Below, one piece after another: positions 57,841 through 64,000 of a stretch of DNA of 64,000 nt (within the stretch, counting starts at the first letter, position 1; every line of letters begins with the position of its first letter). Made by a program: the position numbers and the translations under genes. The stretch lies in assembly GCA_964504275.1 (NCBI GenBank), contig CAZDDV010000003.1, forward strand, positions 8,690 through 72,689. Reading direction: 5' to 3'. The notes beneath the pieces are model-generated. The model was given only the letters and a program-made list of their open reading frames with translations, made no database searches and was not told the origin of the DNA. This DNA is from an uncultured Candidatus Saccharibacteria bacterium (lineage in GTDB: Bacteria; Patescibacteriota; Saccharimonadia; Saccharimonadales; JAGQNJ01).

Positions 57841-57984
57841 ATGAGTAAACAATTGTTAATCAGCACAAAGCAGCGAAGTCAATTTATCGAGGAAATGGAT
57901 AAAAAGTGGCGGCGTAAACATAACGACGAAGAGGCCTGGCTCGACCGGATCGGCGAGTTTGCAGACCTCAAGCTAATTTCATAA
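57841..57984 (+). CDS. Small hypothetical protein (47 aa), not in the ORF track
   Basis: AAAGGAGG lies 10 nt upstream. Translation is MSKQLLISTKQRSQFIEEMDKKWRRKHNDEEAWLDRIGEFADLKLIS. Confidence 0.4.
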   Translation: MSKQLLISTKQRSQFIEEMDKKWRRKHNDEEAWLDRIGEFADLKLIS

Positions 57985-57996
57985 GGAGGCTCTAGC

Positions 57997-58178
57997 ATGA
58001 ACAAATTTGGTCCGACTGCCCAAAACGTAGCAAAAAAGCCTTGCTAGAAGTGGAGCAAGGCAAACTTCGGAGCGGACAAAGTGACCAAATTGTCAAGAAT
58101 TGCAAACAAGCCATCGCCATTGGCTTGTCCGAGGCTTCTAATATCGAAGATCAAAAAGGCGCTAAAGCTCCGAAGTAA
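57997..58178 (+). pseudogene. Frameshifted small stress-type gene (DUF6496-like, KQAIAIGLSEA motif)
   Basis: AAGGAGG Shine-Dalgarno. The ATG at 57997 reads MNKFGPTAQNVAKK and then hits TAG. Shifting +1 at the A6 run (58032-58037) restores ...ALLEVEQGKLRSGQSDQIVKNCKQAIAIGLSEASNIEDQKGAKAPK. Confidence 0.55.
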
Positions 58179-58218
58179 TCACCAAAAGCGAAACGCACAA
58201 AGCGCACAAAACCCACAA

Positions 58219-58464
58219 CTATTTAAGAAAGCGCTCAGCGATATCAGTCGCATCGCGAGAATGGAGTCTATTCGTAACCATATCTGTTGTCAGGACTTTA
58301 CTTGGTCTTGGCAACAGTTTTTTATACTGGTTTTTTAGGCGAGTTGCGCGGTGCATGACCCGCCGAGTTTCACCAATAACACGCTGGTGCCGCGTGGTTA
58401 CATCAATAAACTGTATTGTTTGTTTGGCGTTAAACAAAATACCTTGTAGATTATCGTTTTTCAT
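58219..58464 (-). CDS. Hypothetical protein
   Basis: 81 aa. AAGGAG lies 7 nt upstream of the ATG. Confidence 0.5.
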   Translation of the reverse strand: MKNDNLQGILFNAKQTIQFIDVTTRHQRVIGETRRVMHRATRLKNQYKKLLPRPSKVLTTDMVTNRLHSRDATDIAERFLK

Positions 58465-58631
58465 CTCATAACTCCTTTACGACATTAGTTACGCCTAGGT
58501 TAGCATTTTTATTGCGTAAACGTCAAAAACAATAACTAGCAAGCTATCATAGAATTAAATTTACAGTCATGATACTTTGTGGTAAAGTGGTAAATAACAG
58601 AGGTGATTAAAGAAAGAAAACGGAGCAGACA

Positions 58632-58982
58632 ATGATTGTATACAAAGTCGACAAACCATCACAAGATCGAGCCAGCGCCCAGATACGGGACATGGAAAAA
58701 GTGCTATCAGAAATTCCGCAAACACTGCAGATGTTGCAAGATGCATTGGCGCAACAAGCTTCAACCATCAGCACACCGAGTATCAACCAGTACCGCGCCG
58801 AACTAAATCAAATGATCCAAGGTGCGGTTAAACTGACCAGCACTATCAACGAAAACACCGCTCGACTGGTTTCTATCAGCGAACAAACCAGCAAACACCT
58901 AGCTGCAATCGAAGATCACTTTGGCTCAACACTGCGAACTCGCCCTGCTGCTACTCAGCCACAAGACACGCTCCGCGTATAG
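58632..58982 (+). CDS. Hypothetical small helical protein (WXG100/T7SS-effector-like is only a weak guess)
   Basis: 116 aa, predicted all-helical from sequence character. No diagnostic motif. Confidence 0.45.
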   Translation: MIVYKVDKPSQDRASAQIRDMEKVLSEIPQTLQMLQDALAQQASTISTPSINQYRAELNQMIQGAVKLTSTINENTARLVSISEQTSKHLAAIEDHFGSTLRTRPAATQPQDTLRV

Positions 58983-59099
58983 CAAAAGCAAATACTAACA
59001 GTACGGTAGCGTAAAACAAAAAATCATGATAATGCTTATTGACATTGCAAAACATAAGTGCTATAATTTGGACACTAACACCTGAGGAGGAGTTATAAG

Positions 59100-59717
59100 A
59101 TGAATAAATTTGTAAATATTTTCGCGAGCGCAGTTGTAGTACTTGGTACTGTAGTTGCCACAAATGGTGTAGCTAACGCTGCACGAAACGACGCTGCTGA
59201 TTTAAACTGTGAGGTTTACTCACAAAGTTACTCAGTTGGCAAAGATACTGTTACAGCAAACTTTGGTGTTCGTCAGCTTGACGCAGACGGCCCAGACTGT
59301 ACTAAAGACGTAACTGTTGCTGCTTGGAATGCTCCAAACGGTACAGATGGTATGCCTTTTAGTGCACAAAGCCTTCACAGCCACAAAAGTGGAACGTATG
59401 CTCCAGGTAACCACAGCGTTACTGTTAGCAAACCAGAATGTTTTTACCAAGTTGACGTAGTTCGTGGCCTAAGCCCGGAGTTCGAAAACGGTGATGCAGG
59501 TTACGCTGACTGGCAGTATGTTAGCTCTACACATGGTGGTGCAAAGTGTGAGACTAAGAAGAAAACTCCAGTAGTTAAGAAAACTGTACAAAAAGGTACT
59601 GGTGGCCCAGTTGCCCTACCAGAAACTGGTGCAGGTTCAGTAGCAGCAATCGCTTTGAGCGCTGGTACAGCTGCAGGTGTTGCACACAACATCCGCGCAC
59701 GACGTAACCGTCGATAA
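59100..59717 (+). CDS. LPXTG cell-wall-anchored surface protein
   Basis: Signal peptide MNKFVNIFASAVVVLGTVVATNGVANA. The C-terminus has LPETG, a hydrophobic helix and an RARRNRR tail. Confidence 0.9.
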   Translation: MNKFVNIFASAVVVLGTVVATNGVANAARNDAADLNCEVYSQSYSVGKDTVTANFGVRQLDADGPDCTKDVTVAAWNAPNGTDGMPFSAQSLHSHKSGTYAPGNHSVTVSKPECFYQVDVVRGLSPEFENGDAGYADWQYVSSTHGGAKCETKKKTPVVKKTVQKGTGGPVALPETGAGSVAAIALSAGTAAGVAHNIRARRNRR

Positions 59718-59753
59718 CAAACTCCTCAGAGTACAAACTCTCGGGAGGGAACC

Positions 59754-59791
59754 AAAACGAGTCTCAGGAAACTGAGACTCGTTTTATTTTT
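59754..59791. terminator. Bidirectional rho-independent terminator
   Basis: AAAACGAGTCTCAG-GAAA-CTGAGACTCGTTTT followed by ATTTTTT, between convergent genes. Confidence 0.85.
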
Positions 59792-59802
59792 TCGCAAATT
59801 TG

Positions 59803-60417
59803 CTAGCCCTGTCGAATAAACGCGATCATATCATCGCACTGTTTTCGACTAATCTTTTTAGCATCTGCTAGAATTGTGAGCACCTCACTAACAGTCATAG
59901 CAACCTCGACTTTGTAGCCGGCTTTTTCAACCAGCTCCTTACCGCCCATTTCTCGGTCGAGCAATAAATAAAATCCAACTACGTTTAGCTTACACTTTTT
60001 AAACACGTCTAGGGATTCGATTTTTGAATCACCTTTGGTTACCAAGTCATCAATAATAGCCACTTTATCACCCGGTTTCCAATCACCCTCGACGAGTTTA
60101 CCTTTGCCGTGAGTTTTAATTTTGGCACGAGGCTGAATTAACGGACGATGAGTTGCGTAACCTACAGCACTCGCAATAGGTGTACCAGCTTCTGGAATGC
60201 CAGCCAGGAATACCTTTTTAGGCAAGCGGCTCACCATTTCCGCATAAATAGCAGTGCTACTGTGCAGCGCCTCCGGATAGGATTGTACGACCCGCAAATC
60301 GATGTAGAAGGGAGACACGATACCGCTCTTTAGCGTAAACTTACCGAACTGCAGGATTCCATACTTATATAAACTCAACGCAACATCTCGTTTAGTTGCA
60401 TTAGACACCTTAGCCAT
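59803..60417 (-). CDS. pyrE: Orotate phosphoribosyltransferase
   Basis: 204 aa. The PRPP-binding motif is KVAIIDDLVTKGDS. It is adjacent to pyrF. Confidence 0.85.
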   Translation of the reverse strand: MAKVSNATKRDVALSLYKYGILQFGKFTLKSGIVSPFYIDLRVVQSYPEALHSSTAIYAEMVSRLPKKVFLAGIPEAGTPIASAVGYATHRPLIQPRAKIKTHGKGKLVEGDWKPGDKVAIIDDLVTKGDSKIESLDVFKKCKLNVVGFYLLLDREMGGKELVEKAGYKVEVAMTVSEVLTILADAKKISRKQCDDMIAFIRQG

Positions 60418-60420
60418 AAC

Positions 60421-61245
60421 TTATCTCCTGTATTTATTTATTTCTTGGTTTAATTGTACCGCTTGTTCGCGTGCGGCCGAAGCGAAATCTTTGCTGCTAC
60501 TCGCAAAAATAACTTGTCGGGCCGAGTGAATAATCAAACCGCGATCACCCGCCAAACCGGCGTTCATAACGGATTCTAAATCTCCGCCTTGCGCACCGAT
60601 GCCTGGCACCAAAAATACCATATCACCACCAACCAACTCCCGAATAACTTTCATTTCTTCGGGATACGTTGCGCCGACAACCAAAGAGCAATTTTTGTTC
60701 TTGTTCCACGTTTTTACAGTTTTTGCGACATGTTGATAGACCGGCCTACCATCAACCATCAAGTCCTGAAACTCAGCTGCACCCGGATTTGAAGTTCGGC
60801 AGAGTACAATCATGCCCTTGTCTTTTATATCCAAAAACGGCTGCAGCGCCTCGCCACCAAGATAGGGGTGGAGCGTAATTGCATCAGCGCCAAGATACTT
60901 AAACCCATAATCAATGTACCCATTATTTGTGTTTCCGATATCAGCCCGCTTGGCATCCAGAATCATCGGAATACCCGGAAACTTTTGATGCAAATACTCA
61001 ATTGTGAGCCGTAGCTGCTCCAGGCCATCAGCACCGAGAGCCTCGTAAAATGCACTATTGGCTTTAAAACAACAAACCAAATCGCCGGTCGCATCAATAA
61101 TGGCTTTGTTAAATTCCAGCTGCGGCTGCGAGGTGTCTTTTAAGTGAGTAGGGAGCTTGCGATGATCGCTGTCGAGGCCGATGCAGGCCAAAGAATTATT
61201 CTGATCGATCGCCTGATTGAGTGCATCCCCAAAACTCATATTCAT
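60421..61245 (-). CDS. pyrF: Orotidine 5-prime-phosphate decarboxylase (type 2)
   Basis: 274 aa. Contains ILDAKRADIGNT and LVPGIGAQGG. Confidence 0.9.
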   Translation of the reverse strand: MNMSFGDALNQAIDQNNSLACIGLDSDHRKLPTHLKDTSQPQLEFNKAIIDATGDLVCCFKANSAFYEALGADGLEQLRLTIEYLHQKFPGIPMILDAKRADIGNTNNGYIDYGFKYLGADAITLHPYLGGEALQPFLDIKDKGMIVLCRTSNPGAAEFQDLMVDGRPVYQHVAKTVKTWNKNKNCSLVVGATYPEEMKVIRELVGGDMVFLVPGIGAQGGDLESVMNAGLAGDRGLIIHSARQVIFASSSKDFASAAREQAVQLNQEINKYRR

Positions 61246-61267
61246 TCAATGGTACCACAAAGGAGCA

Positions 61268-62725
61268 CTAGCTATGCACGATAACTGGGGTGCCCACGGG
61301 TGCCCAGTTGTAAATCCAGGCGGCGTCATTGTTAACAACGCCGACACAGCCGTGCGAGCTGTTAACGTTACCAAAATAGCTCGTTGGCCGCCAATAATTG
61401 CCATGGATGGCGTAATCGGCATAAAAATAGCTAACATACTCTACGTTTGGCTGAAAATAACGGCTGCCGTCTGTATTACTGCCGCGCATATCTTGTTTGC
61501 GAACCTTGAAACTTATCTTGTATTGCCCAAGTACGGTCGGGGTTTGTGGTGCACCGGCGCTCACCAAAAATGTTTTTACTAATTTGGTGTTTTCGTAGGC
61601 GTACATTCGCTTGTTTGTGGTGTCGACGACAATCCATTTCGGATACGATTTCGCACTAATTGTTTTAAAGTTTGCATACTTAACTGGAGCATCGGCGGTG
61701 ATGCCTTCACCAATCAACACCTTTTTTGCCACTGTTGAAGCAAGCGCGTCTTTATTAACGACATCGATACCGCTCTTACCGGCAACTAATACTTTCTTGC
61801 TTCCGTCAGATTTTTTGAGCACAACCTGACTGCGTGGCGGCTGCACATACGGTTTGGCGATTTCGTTAATATAGCTCAGGACTTTTCCGCTGTTAACGCT
61901 TAAATCAACAGTCTTTGCCGATTCGACAGGCGATAACTCGAGCCATTTGCCAATCGAAGCTGGCGAAGCAGTAATTGAACGTCCATCAATTTTTAGCACA
62001 ACCTTTTGCTCAAGTATTGTCTGGGCTTTTTTGTACACCGAATCTATGTCGCTACGCGCAATTGCTGGTGCTAGTTCTCGGGATTTCGTCTCTAGTGGTG
62101 CACTCGACTGATTGCGGATGGCTGCCAAGATTAACTCGCGGCCATCGTCTGAATCATCAAGCGCATATCCTTCGCCGGTTTTTTCTGTCGTGAGCGCTGC
62201 TTTACCGTTTTTTATGTTTATTTTGGCATTTTGGGGTTTTGTGCTGGTTTTTGTTATCTGTTTTTTAAGCACACTTGCGAATGTTTTCTCATTGATTGTT
62301 AGCGTCAGCGGTACTGATTGGTTTTGCCACCACTGCATTCGCACCACATAGTTTGCCGGTTTTTGAGCCCGTAACGCTTCGCCTGCAGAGGCCTGAACAT
62401 CAACAGCCACTCCGAGTTCTGTCAGACTAAATGTTTTACTATTGCCGTCAGGATACTGAACGTTCAGCTCATATGACTCTGTTTTTTGCTGTATGGCTTG
62501 TTCTAATTGTGTTTGCGACGAATACTGCGAGACCGGAATCCCGGCAATACTTGCTCGCGACAATGAGCCCTGATACAAAAGCGCTCCAAAAGCCGCAATC
62601 AGCATCAAAACCAACAGTACAACGCAAGCAACAATATACTTGCGCGAAGAATGCTCATGTTGTTGTTTATTGTCACCAATAACGACATCGGCGACAGTAT
62701 CAGTTTGAACCTGCTTTTTATCCAT
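61268..62725 (-). CDS. L,D-transpeptidase (YkuD domain) with an N-terminal membrane anchor
   Basis: The C-terminal catalytic region is YAIHGN...SSHGCVGV. The start is placed at MDKKQV (GAGGT Shine-Dalgarno) rather than the ORF-track TTG at 62770. Confidence 0.85.
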   Translation of the reverse strand: MDKKQVQTDTVADVVIGDNKQQHEHSSRKYIVACVVLLVLMLIAAFGALLYQGSLSRASIAGIPVSQYSSQTQLEQAIQQKTESYELNVQYPDGNSKTFSLTELGVAVDVQASAGEALRAQKPANYVVRMQWWQNQSVPLTLTINEKTFASVLKKQITKTSTKPQNAKINIKNGKAALTTEKTGEGYALDDSDDGRELILAAIRNQSSAPLETKSRELAPAIARSDIDSVYKKAQTILEQKVVLKIDGRSITASPASIGKWLELSPVESAKTVDLSVNSGKVLSYINEIAKPYVQPPRSQVVLKKSDGSKKVLVAGKSGIDVVNKDALASTVAKKVLIGEGITADAPVKYANFKTISAKSYPKWIVVDTTNKRMYAYENTKLVKTFLVSAGAPQTPTVLGQYKISFKVRKQDMRGSNTDGSRYFQPNVEYVSYFYADYAIHGNYWRPTSYFGNVNSSHGCVGVVNNDAAWIYNWAPVGTPVIVHS

Positions 62726-63002
62726 ATTATTTACCTCGGGTGCATCCCGAGAACCCCTTGTGCTTTTCAAGAATATTGTAACAGTATATCTCGTTCCTGA
62801 AAATAGAATAAAAAAACATAAGGGAAATTTGGGTTTTTTTAAGTTATATGCTATATTAGGCGTACTAGAAAAAGCTGCTAAGTAACATCAATATCGATTA
62901 CATTTTGTACGATACGTTCGGTTCTAGATAAATAAGTAAAGTTCGAGAAGAGGCGCAGCTAACTGGTTTGCCAGATTACCTCCGAAGAAACAGGAGAAAT
63001 TA

Positions 63003-63305
63003 ATGGCAACTAATCTATTTGTAGGCTCACTAGCTTATAGCGTCACAGACGACGAACTCAACGACTTTTTCAAAGCCGCTGGTAACGTCAAATCTGCAAA
63101 GGTCATCATGGACCGCGACACCAACCGAAGTAAAGGTTTTGGTTTCGTGGAAATGGAATCTGACGACGAAGCTCAAGAAGCTATCAAACAGCTAAACGGC
63201 AAGGACCTTAACGGTCGTGCAATTAGCGTCAACGAAGCTCGCCCACGCGAAGAACGACCACGTCGTGACTTCGGTGGTGGCGGTGGTAACGACAACCGTT
63301 ACTAA
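63003..63305 (+). CDS. RRM-type RNA-binding protein with a Gly-rich tail
   Basis: RNP-2 is LFVGSL and RNP-1 is KGFGFVEM. The tail is RRDFGGGGGNDNRY. Confidence 0.9.
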   Translation: MATNLFVGSLAYSVTDDELNDFFKAAGNVKSAKVIMDRDTNRSKGFGFVEMESDDEAQEAIKQLNGKDLNGRAISVNEARPREERPRRDFGGGGGNDNRY

Positions 63306-63337
63306 ATAATGGAGGAGGGGCTCGCCCCTCAAACCCT

Positions 63338-63372
63338 AAATAGCGAGGCCTTTGGCCTCGCTATTTTATTTG
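63338..63372 (+). terminator. Rho-independent terminator after the RRM gene
   Basis: AAATAGCGAGGCC-TTT-GGCCTCGCTATTT followed by TATTT. It is preceded by a second small GC hairpin, GAGGGG-CTCG-CCCCTC. Confidence 0.8.
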
Positions 63373-63450
63373 TGACGAGAAAGAATGACTCAGGCTCCCA
63401 ACAAAAATCACTAATCTAGAACAGATATCACTTTTTGTTATGATAGAGCA

Positions 63451-63957
63451 ATGCAGCTTATCGCAAAATCTAAAAACGGAGTGAATGTCAGTTACGACCC
63501 GCAGCACTCCCACGCGGCAACACACTTCGAAGATACTCCGCAACTCAAAGAGCTAGTGGAAAAAGTAATAGGTAGACTAGACTTGAGAGGTCAGGAGATT
63601 GCGACTCATATTGACATGGGTAGCCCCGTTGGCACCTGTGATGTAGTTAAAGTAGATGCTAGTGACGAAATCGTGTATGGCGTAAGAAAAAATAGAGATG
63701 AAGATGGACTTGTACCTTTTACGAAAACTCGCCGTGGCGAACCATGCCCTTACGTGGCAGTTCATTTGGTGCCACAACCCGATAAGACATATGCTCTATT
63801 GAGCACATGGATTGGCACATTCGGCGGAGATGACGAACCGTTTCCGCAAGCGCCCGACGCCAACGAACGAAGCAAAGATTACTGGGATAAACATGCTTTC
63901 GTATATGGTAGTCAGGAAATAGTGCAAGGCACTGAAACTAGCGAATGCCCTTGGTAG
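63451..63957 (+). CDS. Hypothetical protein
   Basis: 168-aa ORF. TATGAT at 63439-63444 lies 6 nt before the ATG. No family recognised. Confidence 0.5.
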   Translation: MQLIAKSKNGVNVSYDPQHSHAATHFEDTPQLKELVEKVIGRLDLRGQEIATHIDMGSPVGTCDVVKVDASDEIVYGVRKNRDEDGLVPFTKTRRGEPCPYVAVHLVPQPDKTYALLSTWIGTFGGDDEPFPQAPDANERSKDYWDKHAFVYGSQEIVQGTETSECPW

Positions 63958-64000
63958 GCGTAGCTTTTATTGTCATCCGCGTCTTGTTAAATTACTGTTT

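Noticed and set aside
58081-58338. The 85-aa GTG-initiated ORF in the track.
   Set aside because: It is the out-of-frame continuation of the frameshifted small gene at 57997-58178, and it runs antisense into the 58219-58464 gene.

Overview
The window looks like a chromosomal segment from a small-genome bacterium with a Gram-positive-type envelope. It has an LPXTG protein, an L,D-transpeptidase, a giant repeat-rich surface protein and many leaderless-looking genes. That profile is compatible with a Saccharibacteria/CPR-like lineage, but this is a low-confidence inference. TGA, TAA and TAG all terminate conserved genes at their expected lengths, so the standard code applies.

Layout:
- 1-8.5 kb: an AT-rich type I restriction-modification locus (hsdS, hsdR, no hsdM in the window) with several non-canonical companion genes.
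- 8.5-12.9 kb: a tail-fibre-like / triple-discoidin / HExxH-protease trio and a low-complexity repeat protein.
- 13-19 kb: VKOR, a UvrD-type helicase-nuclease and an aquaporin.
- 19.3-26.8 kb: a complete F1Fo ATP synthase operon.
- 27-36 kb: housekeeping and accessory enzymes, smpB and a MacB-type ABC pair.
- 36.5-42.6 kb: a 2044-aa surface protein.
- 42.8-50 kb: tRNA-Asn followed by a mosaic accessory region. It holds csoR-copB-DUF305, a tRNA 3-prime fragment, inverted and direct repeats, and a RayT/IS200-like Y1 transposase flanked by REP-like inverted repeats.
- 50-64 kb: glycosyltransferases, tspO, stress proteins, Crp/Fnr, pyrEF, an L,D-transpeptidase and an RRM protein.

The most unusual observation is in the ATP synthase operon. 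Three unrecognisable, translationally coupled ORFs are interleaved between atpA, atpG, atpD and atpC. No rRNA, CRISPR array, integrase or reverse transcriptase was seen.
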